Counted from the first letter of the stretch, positions 1 through 13,180 are shown. The stretch: 64,000 nt of DNA from Octopus sinensis (GCF_006345805.1 NC_043003.1:44826001-44890000), one strand, 5' to 3'. The notes: generated by a model not told the origin, from the sequence alone. Made by a program: numbers and translations.

Positions 1-1578
1 AATGATTCTTCTATTTCGATGATATGTAGATATTATTAAAACTTGGCATTATAGTAAATTGTTCTATTTCTTAATTTTCTACATTATATTATTTGGGTGC
101 ATTTGTGCATTGCGCTCAACGATCTGAGGAATTTAGATATCCTTGTATGATGGAATCTCGGAGTAATTATCTATTATATAAATGTAACACATAATTGTGT
201 TGTTCCATTTGAATTTACGGTGAGTGTTATAACGTGATTGCATATAATGAGACGGAAGTCACAAATAAATTTCACTCGGTGAAATAGTAATCTGCTTTGC
301 AAGAAAGATAAAAGCATCGAAGAATCTTACATTTGTGTGTGGTATGACTAATTTTGCTCTCTGGAACAAATGTGCCAACGCATTAAAATTAATAATTGAC
401 AATATACTAAACACAACAATGCCGTAATCTAGTGAAGATTGTGAATACTGAAGAAACATCTAAACCAATGGCATCACTGATGCTGCTACATTTACTTATT
501 TATTGTAAGAAATTGGTATGCAGTCTAGGAGAGTTACTTTATAGTGAAAAGTAGAATAAAATTTATTTTATGTGATATTTAGTAAGAAAGTAATTTGCTG
601 GCTTTCTCAAGCGACTTAAACTTCCTGACATTAAGTACCTGGTCGTTAAATTATATATTTCCATTTCACACACGTTTTCATTTCACATGACTGAATCTAT
701 CTGCACATCAGTCTCTGAACTATGCCCCCACTGTCTCTATCCTATGTGTGGCTGATGTGTGTATTCATATTTGGATGCACGTACAAGCAATTATATCCTA
801 TATGACTTTTGACAAAACCTTGTTTTTTTTTCAAATATCATGATAGCAATTTAAATGTAAACAATCTAACACTGTTCTACAGCGAGGGAAAACGTAGATA
901 TAATGACAGCTGAAATATATATTTTATATTGAACTTTCTGTAAATGGAATTCTTAATTTGTTTTTAATTGAAAATCTAATATACTTAAATGTTTTGTTCT
1001 GTCACTATAACTTCATTTTAATATCCACCTCATTTAACTTTTATACGCATAGATTTCAAATCACAACTCTACTGTAGTTGATCATTCTAAATTACATGCA
1101 CAAATGATGTCTCTTGAGAAATAATATTCTCTATTATTTTGTCTCTTACTTTTATTTCTTTTTTACTTAATCATGTGTCTTGTTATCTTTCACAGAATTC
1201 ACTACATGATTTCATTTGCTCGGGGATAAATTTCCAACTAATTCTATGAATGAGAATCAGAATGCCCGAAATGATTACTGGTTCCTTGTCTTAAACCCTA
1301 TATAATGCTAAATAATGACTAGTTTTATGGATCACAAATGGAATGGAAATCTTTTTATTGCCCAAAACACACTGCTTTACTTGTGCTAAAAAATTATTGG
1401 AAATAAAACGATAAAGATTGATGAATCTCTCACAATTCTATAATAGGGATTTCCAAAATGAGATTCTAGAATTGCCTTGCCATTTTTATCAGTTACTAAC
1501 GGTTGAGTACATTTACTCCCCAAACGTACATGTGTACCTGCTAAATACGCAGTACCTGATAGACACTCGTTATCACTT

Positions 1579-1633
<55 letters not shown>

Positions 1634-3284
1634 TTTTCTCTCCCTCGCTCTCTCTCATTCTCAATCGTCTATATTACTAAGGTTGCAAATGTATGTTTAC
1701 ACAGGTGTCTCTACGTAGTTAGCAAAGGCAAGTGGACCCCGATGTTTTCTATATAATACGAAGTGGATTAACCTACTAACTGCTATTTTCTAACATACAT
1801 AACATTTTATAGACTAGATTTCTAGTGACACAACAGTTGATGGGGCATATCCTGCTATATTAATTAATTAGGTTTAACAGAAAAGTTGTTATTTTCATAA
1901 TTCTTTAACGCAAATAAATGATAGGTTCCGAAATACCTGAATTATAGCAGGCAACCTCTTTTATTTATTCTTTTTTTTTCTACAAAAGGATATTTATTTC
2001 CTCTAATATTTAAGCGACTAGGTTAAGCATCAATAATTCACAGTGTTCTCTATTTGTAATGCCATTAATGGATGAATATATGAGACTCAATTCCTGGTTA
2101 CCCATACTGATGTTATACTGCGATTAGTATTTAAAATAACTATATATCGTGAGAAATCTGTAACGGGTTACACAATCTACTTTCTACATGTCAGATTAAC
2201 ACTTTAATATGGATATTCACTACTCGATGAAAATCTGAAAGAAAATTCATTGCGAATTGCAAAAATCTAAAATATATTTTCTTTTCTGTACATTTTATGA
2301 TATGCAACGTATTTGAACAAAAATGAAACTTACGTCTATATGGCCTCTGTCATCTGTGATACATGTTTCGTTCATAAACTGACTTGCATCACTTTTTCCC
2401 TGCGTGATAAGGAGCTCTAGTTTGTTATATGTGGCATCATAACAAAAAGCTGAATACTTCGTCCGATTTATTCAAGAGAATAGTCTCCATGACGACCAAA
2501 ACTCATCTGACTAGATAACAATATTTTCCCGTTGATAGATTCGTTTCAGTTGAGTTTCAGAGAGAAGATAAATCTCGTGATGACCTCCTCGCAAATTTCC
2601 TTCACAGTGTGAAAGTTTGATGAATTGGAGAAGATATAGAATATTAAAAGAAAAGGGAAAAAACACTAACTTAAGATTTTGCGGCTGCAGCAAAACGTCC
2701 TTAATATTTGTATGGTGATATGTTTTGTATGAACTTACGTCAAACTTGATGCAATCGCACTACGAGAGAATGAACATTAACGAAAGCTACTTAGATTTCA
2801 AGATTTGATGGAGCCATGCGTAAACCGAGGGTGAAAATACAGTACATATCTAATATATATTATCAGTATGTTCTGATTTATCAAACTTATTATTTAAATT
2901 ATATCTTACAATGGTTGTCTTCTTAGTTTAAAATATACTTTCTTGAGTAGGACTTCATGCACTGTAAACAGATTATGTCAGATGTTTTAAGCACCTTATG
3001 CATTGTCATGAAAGATGATGTATGTAAACTATTCATGGGTTATTTATTGAATTTAATTTTTAAAATTACCACGAGCACCATAAATTATAGGCAAGGCTAC
3101 AAAAATGAAATATCCTTCCAGTGAGTGAAATGATGCTATAAAATTATACTGATACTCAGTCATTGCAGGTTTGTACAGTATTCAGACACCGCATATAGAT
3201 ACATTCACAAATATATGTATATATGTATGCTGTGTACCCATATATGTTTCTATGCATGTACCTATCTCCCCCTCTCTCTCTATG

Positions 3285-3322
<38 letters not shown>

Positions 3323-3487
3323 TGTGTACCCATATGTGTTTCTATGCATGTACCTATACCCCCTCTCTCTCTATGTGTATATATAAATGTATATATATAT
3401 AGAGAGAGAGAAAATAGTAAAATATATATTTGAGTCAATATGTCTGAAGAATATTATAAATTTTTTTCTTACAATGACATAGTGTAG

Positions 3488-3527
3488 AAGAAATGACCGG
3501 TTTCGCGTTCAGCTTTTCAAATTTCTT
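3488..3527 (-). ncRNA. Minimal type I hammerhead ribozyme, U3-A8 core variant
   Basis: Minus strand reads AAGAAAU UUGAAAA GC UGAAC GC GAAAC CG GUC AUUUCUU: 7-bp stem I, 2-bp stem II, palindromic ACCGGU stem III, GUC cleavage triplet. Confidence 0.75.
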
Positions 3528-3609
3528 ACATCGTTATGTTTATGTTGAGAAGAGTTCTAGATAAGGGGAGGTAATAAGTGATTTCTTCCGGTGTAAGGGA
3601 GATAATCGC

Positions 3610-5160
3610 TTAACATGTTTTGCCTTTCCTTTGGGGTGAATTTCTCTGTATAAGTATGTTGGAATGGTTAAGTCTGGGCTTGTACTTTTCAATGAAGAAT
3701 GTTTCCTTGTTTAGTCTAATTTGTGTTGGTGTTCCGATAGCACATTGGTAAAATGGAAAGATTAAAAATTGTGGTAGTAGTTGCTTTGCGCATTTCTCAA
3801 TGTGCTCACTAAAAGGTATCATTCTGTATTCTGGGAATGCAATCTGTTGTCGATGCAGTGTGCATCTACGTCTGAGTGATAGTCCCGTGGATCCCACGTA
3901 GTCTTGGTGGCAGCCCGAGCATTTTATGACATAGATTATGTTTTCAGAGGCACAAGTAAAATTAGATTTGATCTTGAATTTCTGTCCCTCTTTGAAGAGG
4001 AATTCTGATCCTTGTAGCAGGTTTGGATATGTTGCACAGTTCGGTCTACCACATTTTTTTACTTTTGCATCAGTAATTTCAGAAAACAATTTTGCCTTTA
4101 TGAGAATCTTTTTAAGTGATTTAGGTTGTTTGTAGCTTTTAATGATTTGGTGTATGTTTAGAATTTCCTTTAATTTGGGGTCCTTATGAAGTATTGGTAA
4201 ATTCTGGGTGATGATGGTGAAGGCTTCTTTGTTTCTGGGGTTGTATGTGGATATGTAAGGTAGTATTTTCGGGGAAGGTGTGTTGTTGTGTTGAACTTTT
4301 CTTAAAGTTTCTATGTTGATTTCTGTTGCACGTCTGACCCCATCCTCTATGAGTTGAGCTGGGTAATGTCTGTCAATTAGGGTGTTTTTGAGTTCTTGCA
4401 GTCTAAAGTTCATGGTGTTTTGTTCTGACACTATTGTGCATATCCTTCTTGCAAGGTTGAAGGGGATGTTTGTTTTAGTGTGTCTTGGGTGGCATGAATT
4501 AAAAAGAAGGTATTGTTTGGCGTCTGTGGCTTTGTAAAAAATGTATGTTTCTATTTTAAGGTTAATTTTTTTAATTAGTATATCCAAGAATGGGAGCTCC
4601 TTTTGGTTGTATTCCACTGTGAACTGTATATTTGGGTTTATGCTGTTCAATAGGTTTTTAAATTTTAGGAGTTTATCTGTGTTTTCATTCCAGAGTATAA
4701 AACAATCGTCCAGGAATCGTTTCCAATTCTCTTTTATGTATTGAGAGAGGGGTTTTCCAAAGATTGATAAAGATTCCTGGTAAATGATTATTTCCAGGTA
4801 GCCCATTGTTAGGTTCGCAATGACTGGTGCTGCCCTTGTACCCATAGCAATTCCGGATTTTTGACGGTAAAATGTATTGTCAAACATGAAGTGGTTATTA
4901 TGGAGGATGAATTCAATTGATTTAGTAATGAATTCTTTACTGATCCTTTTTGGTATTTCTTCCGGAAATTGGTCCAGCCAGAACTGCATTGCCTCTAGTC
5001 CATAATTATGAGGTATACTGGTATATAAGTTAACTACATCAAATGAAACCATGATTGTTTCTTCCTTGGCGTTTTTTGGAAGGTGGTTTAACATATCTAA
5101 GTCATCTCTGATATGGCTATCGATATGTTTAAGGAAGGGTTTCAGGAGGATGGAAACCAA
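3610..5160 (-). CDS. Penelope-like retroelement ORF (RT + Cys linker + C-terminal GIY-YIG endonuclease), 5'-truncated, Neptune-like
   Basis: 516 aa with no internal stops. RT motifs FDVVNLYTSIP, YRQKSGIAMGTRAAPVIANL, WKRFLDDCF and LPFLDI. Thumb region YKATDAKQYLLFNSCHP. Linker CGRPNCATY. Endonuclease IYVIKCSGCHQDYVGST...HRQQI...HIEKC (CCHH). In-frame upstream stop at ~5179, so N-terminal RT motifs are missing. Confidence 0.93.
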   Translation of the reverse strand: MVSILLKPFLKHIDSHIRDDLDMLNHLPKNAKEETIMVSFDVVNLYTSIPHNYGLEAMQFWLDQFPEEIPKRISKEFITKSIEFILHNNHFMFDNTFYRQKSGIAMGTRAAPVIANLTMGYLEIIIYQESLSIFGKPLSQYIKENWKRFLDDCFILWNENTDKLLKFKNLLNSINPNIQFTVEYNQKELPFLDILIKKINLKIETYIFYKATDAKQYLLFNSCHPRHTKTNIPFNLARRICTIVSEQNTMNFRLQELKNTLIDRHYPAQLIEDGVRRATEINIETLRKVQHNNTPSPKILPYISTYNPRNKEAFTIITQNLPILHKDPKLKEILNIHQIIKSYKQPKSLKKILIKAKLFSEITDAKVKKCGRPNCATYPNLLQGSEFLFKEGQKFKIKSNFTCASENIIYVIKCSGCHQDYVGSTGLSLRRRCTLHRQQIAFPEYRMIPFSEHIEKCAKQLLPQFLIFPFYQCAIGTPTQIRLNKETFFIEKYKPRLNHSNILIQRNSPQRKGKTC

Positions 5161-6659
5161 ATGTAATTGAGATATGAACTAATTATGAAAAGTGTTGCTA
5201 AAACCACTCTTGCAACATAGCGATAACATATATCAGACTTGACGGAAACTGGAAACTATTATATTTCTGGACCTTCGAAATAATGAAAACTTTGGGTATG
5301 CATGTTTAACACGCACTGATTAGTTATCAATTTCAATGTCAAGCGTAGTATTTAGAACTCTTATCAAAACTGAGAATGAAATATTTTGGTGTGTATAGTT
5401 ACTTGTGGTGTGAAATAGATGTTGTTTGGCTCTGACAAATAAACTGGACAATGGTTACCTGCAAATTTATTTGGAAGGAAAAGCTTTATACAGTAAAGAT
5501 TATGTTTTACAAAAGGTGTAGAGTGCTACTCTAGTTTGTAATAATTGTGCTGCATGGCGTGTCTTGACCACATACTTCTCAAATACTCTTTTGAATTTAA
5601 CAGAGCTAGAATATAAAATTCCACTGCATCTACTTATTCACCTGACAACTTCCCAGCGTATATTACTTTTCAAATGCTTCGAACAGTTAATTTGTAATAA
5701 AAGTTACGAGAATCAAGAAATTATAGTTAAAACATTCAACCACTTATGAGTCTCAGAAAATGAAACTATTTTTTTTTTTACTTAAATATATTGACATTAA
5801 AATAATGTATGAAAAAAGAAAACGACTGAACACGATAGATTAAATACTTTTCTTAATACATTAGTCTTCTCTGTGTGGTTCCGTTTTTTTTTTTGAGGTT
5901 TTTTTCAAAAAACAGTTTTATGATACATATTCACGTTTGAGTAGACATGCTTAGGGAAACACACACTCACACACATATATGCATATGTCTGTCTAGATGT
6001 ATACGTGCATCTATGTATAGCAAGGAAGCGACTTTTACATAAACACATGTAACAATGAAGTTGCACGTATATGTACAGAGAGAAAGCACACATATTTACA
6101 TTGTTGCCATGAGGGACATATAAGCATATATTGAACAAAATTAAAAGTGTGTTTAACAATATCACCGAAAAAGTGCTTTGACTTTGATTTGGTGAAACAC
6201 TATTCTACCGCTTGACGTTAGCAAAGTAATCCATCTTTGGGGTTCGCATGATATTTATCGCTTAGTTCGGCAGGTTCGTATCTGAAAGGACTACTGCTTT
6301 GTTTGTATATACACAGACACGCGCACTCTTATATAATTATAACAATTAGGATGTGCCATTTGCCGTAGTCCATCAAATAAATTCATCACCCGTTATATAT
6401 ATAGAAAGATAGATAGATAGATGCATAGACAGACAGACAGACAGACAGAAAGATATCCAAAATACGCAGACACACCTACACGCGCGAATACATGCTTACG
6501 TACATACATACATGCTCACATCCAGGCAATTACGCAGAAAAATTTAAATTGTTCTTGCATTTTTCTTTGTGAATTTGTTCATGCTACTGCCATCATGGAT
6601 GTTGTTGTTGTTGTTCGTGACGATGTTCCAGCCATTTGCGATATACATATATATATGCA

Positions 6660-6781
<122 letters not shown>

Positions 6782-6790
6782 TATAAAAAT

Positions 6791-7036
6791 ATTCGTGGGT
6801 AATCTGTAACATTGCGAAATAAATCCGAGGTAAATCATGAGAAAAAAGGCATATGAATTAATGCACTCAATATTTCAGCGTATGTTGCAGGTGTACTGCA
6901 TCATTCGCTAATTCCTGAAGAGGAGGTCATAAACCTGAAATATTAAATTCAGGGTAAGTCTCCATTAATTCATATGCCCGTTTTCTTGTGATTTGCCTTG
7001 GATTTATTTCGCATTGTACCGGCCTTCCCCACGAAT
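6791..7036 (+). repeat. ~245 bp foldback unit with an HHR-like core in the loop
   Basis: Arms 6809-6863 and 6963-7017 match at 48/55. Outer ATTCGTGGG (6791-6799) pairs with CCCACGAAT (7028-7036). Loop has CTGAAGA-GG-AGGT CATAA ACCT-GAAA at 6915-6940. Confidence 0.7.
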
Positions 7037-8260
7037 TTTATATAATATATTCCACACAATGATTTATACTAACTATTCCATATATGTATATATATATGTA
7101 TATATATATTTGTGTGTGTGTGCTGTGAGTGTATGTGTGTGTGTGTGCGTGCGTGTGCGTGTGCGTGTGCGTGTGCGTGTGTGTGTGTGTGTGTTTGATA
7201 TATAAATGTGCGTACATGCACACAAACACAATTATTCACATTAAGGAAACAGAAACTCTCGTGGGATTCACGCGTTTTCCCTCAATTTTTGCTATGTCTC
7301 ATGCTCGTATATTTCGCCCAAAGTCTTAAGGCTCCAAGTTTGGCTTAAATTATTGTTTTGTTGTGAATCAAACAAGATTTCTTCTGCTAATTACTAATCT
7401 AATTAAATCAACAGCAACCCGCTGTAGATAATTCAAGAAGAATTTTCAAAACGTATATTTATTTCGTTGCTATCACAGCAAGAGATTCATATCTTGCATT
7501 AAATTCATTACAGTGAAAATCAATTTCCGTCCAGCTCCTTCATGCATTGATGATTATAATTAGTTAGTCATGTGGTAGACCGGACGTAGGCATGGCGTAA
7601 ATTATACAATTCTATACGCACAAATTTCTTCCATGTGTTTCGACAAAATGCATACCACTGTTGCACACTATTTTCAAAGATCAAAGCAAATAATTGACAG
7701 AAAACCTCCCACAAGTCTAAGAGGAAATCTAATCAAATTAGAAAACCTGATATAACAGATATATATGAATGAAACTGTTCTAGGAAAATGTTTTAACGGA
7801 GAAATTTAAGAACAACTTGAGAACAATGCAGATTGTAATAATCCGTAAAAGTTGTACTTCAACAAGAATGAAGAGGATGCATGTTAAATCGTTAGGGGTA
7901 TTCTAGAAATAATTTTCCAGCGAACAACATATGAAACTTTGTATTAAATATGACATAATTGACTGAAGTAACCCACTGGGCAATCGTTCATTTTGGAGAA
8001 TAAACATATAATTAAAAATGAAACGGCCTTTGTACTAATTATCTGAAGCATACGACTCTAGAAAACAATTTAATCACGGAAATTCAACAGAACGAGGGAC
8101 ATGATTAATTACGTTGGATATATAGAGAAGCAAAATATTTAGAAGTATGGTAACAATAAGAAATCGCAATAAGATTGTTAAAGCATGAAGTGAGAGAGAT
8201 TTGATTCTATCTGTTGGCAGGTATATTTCTCCCTCTCACTTGATATTATTGTATCTCTAT

Positions 8261-8341
<81 letters not shown>

Positions 8342-8752
8342 CATATATATATATACATACATATATATAATGCATGTTAGGTTTCCCGAAATGACATACA
8401 CAATTAATTATTCGTTTATTAAAATTATTTCCCCATCTGCAGGAGTAGAGCCTTCGGTTAGTGATAATTGATACAGACTCAACATGAGGAGAGGATATAC
8501 ATTATGTAGTCTCACTATAACACTTGTTTGCTCCTTGCAACTCCTCATAAGCACCAATCTTATCATGCACACATTTATGTACAACGTAATTCGATTGAAT
8601 AAAGTGAATATTTGCTAAGATAAATGATGTACAGTGGTACATACAGCATATATTTGGATAACACATATAGATAAAATTAATTTATTAGAGAAGCTGCATT
8701 TCGTTTCGTTATTTTCCCCTTTAACTAAGTATTCATCTTACATATTACTTGT

Positions 8753-10023
8753 TTCTTACCACCTTCCTCCTGACCTATACTCACATCCACTATCCCAGTT
8801 CCTCGTTTAAATTTTCTTTGTAGTCGTAACACTGTCTTTCACTAGGCTCGTCAAAGCATATGGCCCAGTCTTGTAAAATCTAATATCTTCTTTTGTTGTC
8901 TTATGCCATCTTTTAAATAATTATTTTGCAATAAAATACTTATTGTAGAAAGACATTTTGAACACCCTATATATGAGAATTTGTTTGAGTCGTTTTTTAA
9001 ATGTTGCAATAGATTTATTCAAATGGCAAACAGTTTTTGCTTATCGATAGTAAAAATAAAAGTGTGTAGGAGAGTTTAAAGTTACAAAGTAAAATTCAGA
9101 AAATATGTTTAAGCAATAAACTGGTCACATGTCAGCAGAAATTTCAGTGGGCTTCACAGGGAAGATACCTATAAATATTTTATGAAGATCATAATAAATA
9201 TACAAGATTCACAGTTCCGTCATGTTGTGTCTTTTTTCTTTAATGGGGAAGAAAAAGAAAAAGTTTTCTTTTAATAATATCTGTCGTGGTGCTTTGCACA
9301 ATTTTATTCGAAATGCATGGGTCTCTTCACCTGGTTCGCTTGTTAGACCTCGAAATGTTAATAAGTGCAAGTCTTATGTTTTCATAATAAAGAATCAAGT
9401 TTTGAATGTTGTAACTTTGATTACACCCTTTGCGTTTCTGCTGGATCTTTTGGTCAAAATGTCTTCGTTTTGACAAATTCCAGTGTCTTAGTTATTAGGC
9501 TTCTTGATGGCATCACTTGTGTGTCGAAGGATCTCATTCTTTCTTGACTAAAGGCATGGAGCGATTCTGACTTTTTGTAAGTTTCGTTATGATCACTGTT
9601 TTCCATTTTGAACAAACTATTTTTTCTGGTAAAATTCAGAGTTCTGCTTGGTTGAATTCCTGGTAGGGACTTAGTAAGGTTTTTTTGCTTCATGATCACC
9701 TGGAGTTCTAATCGGTTGGGTCCTTAAATAGTCACTAGTTCGATCGGCTCGCTCGATGTTTATTTTTTTTTTTTTCCTGGGAATCCGGTTTGACCAGAAA
9801 AAAATTTCATTGGTTTACTCAGAGGTGATTTCGGCATGTGGTGTTTGAGTAGGTGTATGTGGTATATAAGCCCAACGAATCTCAAACCCGTCCCCAACTT
9901 GGTTTTTACCACCTTCCACCTGACCTATACTCCCATCCACTATCCCAGTTCCTCGTTTACGTTTTCTTTGTAAGCGTAACAATGTCTTTCAGTAGGCGTC
10001 GTCAAAACATATGACCCATCCTT
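8753..10023. repeat. Pair of ~120 bp direct repeats (8753-8873 and 9903-10023) flanking ~1 kb
   Basis: accaccttcc(t/a)cctgacctatactc(a/c)catccactatcccagttcctcgttta... occurs twice at roughly 85% identity by eye. Confidence 0.8.
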
Positions 10024-10960
10024 TCTGCCGACTTTGTTACTCACCAATGCTTATCTTATCGCCCCCCTCCCGTGCTTGTAACGTTGATCCCATCTCAATT
10101 TTCTCATTACGCTCTCAGAATTTCTTATACCACCACATCTTCTTTCTATTATCTACTATCCAACACGCTACTACCTACAATGTACCTCTCACCACCTCTG
10201 TATCTGTCCTTCTGTCTGTGTGTATATTCGCATATACTATCATGATCATATGTGCGAATGTGAGTATGCGTGCCGGAATACTAGTTTAAAATAGTAGCTC
10301 TATAAACGTATTCTACTCTAAAATGTTTCTAAGACGTGGCAATTCGTTTTAAAACGAAAGAACATTTTCTAGACATACTTAATAAAGCATATTTCTTAAA
10401 ATATATGCGTACTAAATTGTCAAGTAATCTAATATTATTATAAGGGTTATGACTTTTATATGTACTAAAATATATATTGCATATATCTCATTCATATCCT
10501 TAACCAGATGTGATGGCATTCATATACTTAACCAGATGTGATGGCAGCGATATTACATAATTTCATGATGAAAGCATAAGAGGAACTTGCGATCTCCCTT
10601 AACATTATTAAAATAACTCCTATATTATGTTGCGTCCACGGTCACCAAACTGTATATTAACTTTCAATTGTATCTTAAATATTTCAAAAGTAGTAGGAGC
10701 GGTAAATCTCTCTAGAGTATTACACGCAGTAAATTAAGCCACAGAAATGCTAATATATTTACATATGTTCGTGAATATATTTGGCGAACCAGATTTAGAG
10801 ATCATTAACACTAAATTACGAAACAATTTTGTGTTCATCAAAGACTGTTAATTTTTTCAAAAATCTTATCTTTTTTTATTTTATGTAGCTTGTATGTGAG
10901 GCTTATACATATACATATACACATATACATACACATATGCATATACACATATACACACAG

Positions 10961-11053
<93 letters not shown>

Positions 11054-12130
11054 TGTGTGTATGTATGCATATATATATAATTTGTGCGCGCAGGCGAATG
11101 TTAATGTTATTTGTGTAGTACTATCAAAGAGATACTGGAATATAAATTTTAATTATCATCTTTCACCTCACCTAAATTTTATTAGAAACTTAGAAATAGG
11201 CCCTATTAATATAATTGTATAAATTAGAATCTCTTTTATAATATTTTCCTCTCTCGGTTGGGATTTAATCATGCAAATATTAGTACGAATAACTAATGTC
11301 CTTTCAATGTGTCGTCTGTATGTAATTTTATCAGTCGTACTTTCAGAAATACGATTTTCTGTTTATGAAAGCAAATCGTTTTTGCCCAAATTTAGTCGAT
11401 GATTACAAATGGCAATACTTTTTTGCTAGTTGATAGAAGTAGAAAATAATGGAAAAATAAAAACACGACACGGAGGGGTAAATTGTAAAAGTGACTCTAT
11501 GTTAAACTAGGGATGAAAGGAAAGAAAGAATGGTTACGTGTTAGTGTGAATCGAGTGACTAGAATCAAATGATAGTCGATTAGATTGAAATGTATTGATA
11601 ATATGGTGCAGAAATTTGCGACTGTCGGATTTCAATATAAGAGGATTATGCAAAATGGAATGAAGTATTGAATAAATGATTTTCGGAAGTGTATCATTTA
11701 CAGATCTCATTTTTCTCAATAAAGACATATGTGCAGAAGATTTTGCTGCTCTATCTTTTGACAAAATAAAATTTAACAAAATGTGTGTTTATATGAATGT
11801 GTGTGTTTGGAGGGGGTTGGGAAGTGTGTTAATGTTTCTGTTTTATAATTGCATTTTCACTTTGGAATGTTAAGGAATTCGGGATACATTTGGTATTTAA
11901 AACCGAAACACTAGACTAAAGAAGTGTCTTTCTCACAGAGTACGATTACTTGCAATAGTGGATGTACCGACACTGCAACTAATATTACTGCGTCCACTGC
12001 TACACTGTTCTCTTTTCGGAACACAGATATGAAAATGATATCGCGATTCATACTACCTTTCCAGGTGGTGGTAGTAGTACTAGTAGTAGTAGTATAGGGG
12101 AGGAGGTATAGGAGAAGTAGGTAAAAGAGC

Positions 12131-12166
<36 letters not shown>

Positions 12167-13104
12167 TGTAGCTTCTCTGTTTTTTGGGGGTTTTTTTTGC
12201 CCTCCAACACTTGGTGATATGTCTTGGTTACATTTCTGCTTAGTCACAGCGTTTGGCAAAAATTGAAATATAGAATATGTACGACTCTGAGAGTGATATG
12301 ATGGATTAAGCGCCACAAGGTTGTTCCCGCCATAATCACAGGCGTATAACTGAACTATGTAAATGCATTATAGACTAATACGCGTATCCATCAATAATTT
12401 AAAATCCTACAATATACTATTAGTTCATATTTGTATCCTGTGTGAGTTTGTTCCCCAATCTTCATTTTTATATTGCATATTAATACATTTCATTGTACTG
12501 AATTACTTTATATGATATTACGTTACTCTGAGTTACATTATTTTACATTATATGATATATAATATGCTATTGCTCTACATACGTTTACATTTATTTCATA
12601 GGTGCCATATAGTGCTTTTTTTATGTTTTCTTATTTATTAAAATATTTTGTGAGCATCACGTATATTGACATAATGTGTAATGTATTTACTATATGCAGA
12701 AATATATATTATCTTAAGCATCAAAATGTACTGAATTTAATAAAAAAATATGTTATGCCATTTGCTTCTTTTGAAAGCTTGTATCTGTATTTGATTATTT
12801 ACGTGTTCCTATATGAAAGTAACTGTAAATATATTATTTCGCATTTATATATGAATATACGTATCAATAGTTACGAGAATTGTATATTCCAAGTACACGT
12901 GCACACACAGACACACTCATGTCTACATACATATTATTTGTAAGTATATATAATATATATTTATATTTGCGCATGTACTGTATATACTATATAATTTATT
13001 CTCTTTTTCTGTATTATTATATCTACTTTTACTCTTTATTTTTCTAATTTGTTCCTTATCAACTGTGAATTTCCTTATCTAGAACTTTCATACTTACTCA
13101 CTCT

Positions 13105-13180
13105 GTTTCTGATGAGGGAATACTCAGTGCACGGACATGCTAGCCTATTAATTGGGATATCCCAGAAACAGCTGTAAGAC
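13105..13180 (+). ncRNA. Type I hammerhead-like motif with long stem II insert
   Basis: GUUU CUGAUGA GGGA-(40 nt)-UCCC A GAAAC AGCU GUA AGAC. Canonical core, palindromic ACAGCUGU stem III, one extra A before GAAA. Confidence 0.55.

Larger units (their letters stand above)
3430..5180 (-). mobile_element. PLE insertion including 3' UTR/pLTR, ending at a (TA)n tract
   Basis: ORF plus ~180 bp downstream containing an HHR motif, then TA/GA microsatellite at ~3395-3430. Boundaries approximate. Confidence 0.8.

Noticed and set aside
124-182. CTGAGGA followed by ...CTCGGAGTAATTATC
   Set aside because: GAAA is replaced by GGAG and there is no stem I, so it is too degenerate to call a hammerhead.
8826-8856. 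Minus-strand TTGACGA...GAAAGAC in both copies of the 120-bp direct repeat
   Set aside because: U3 is not compensated at position 8, stems II and III are inconsistent between copies, and there is no stem I.
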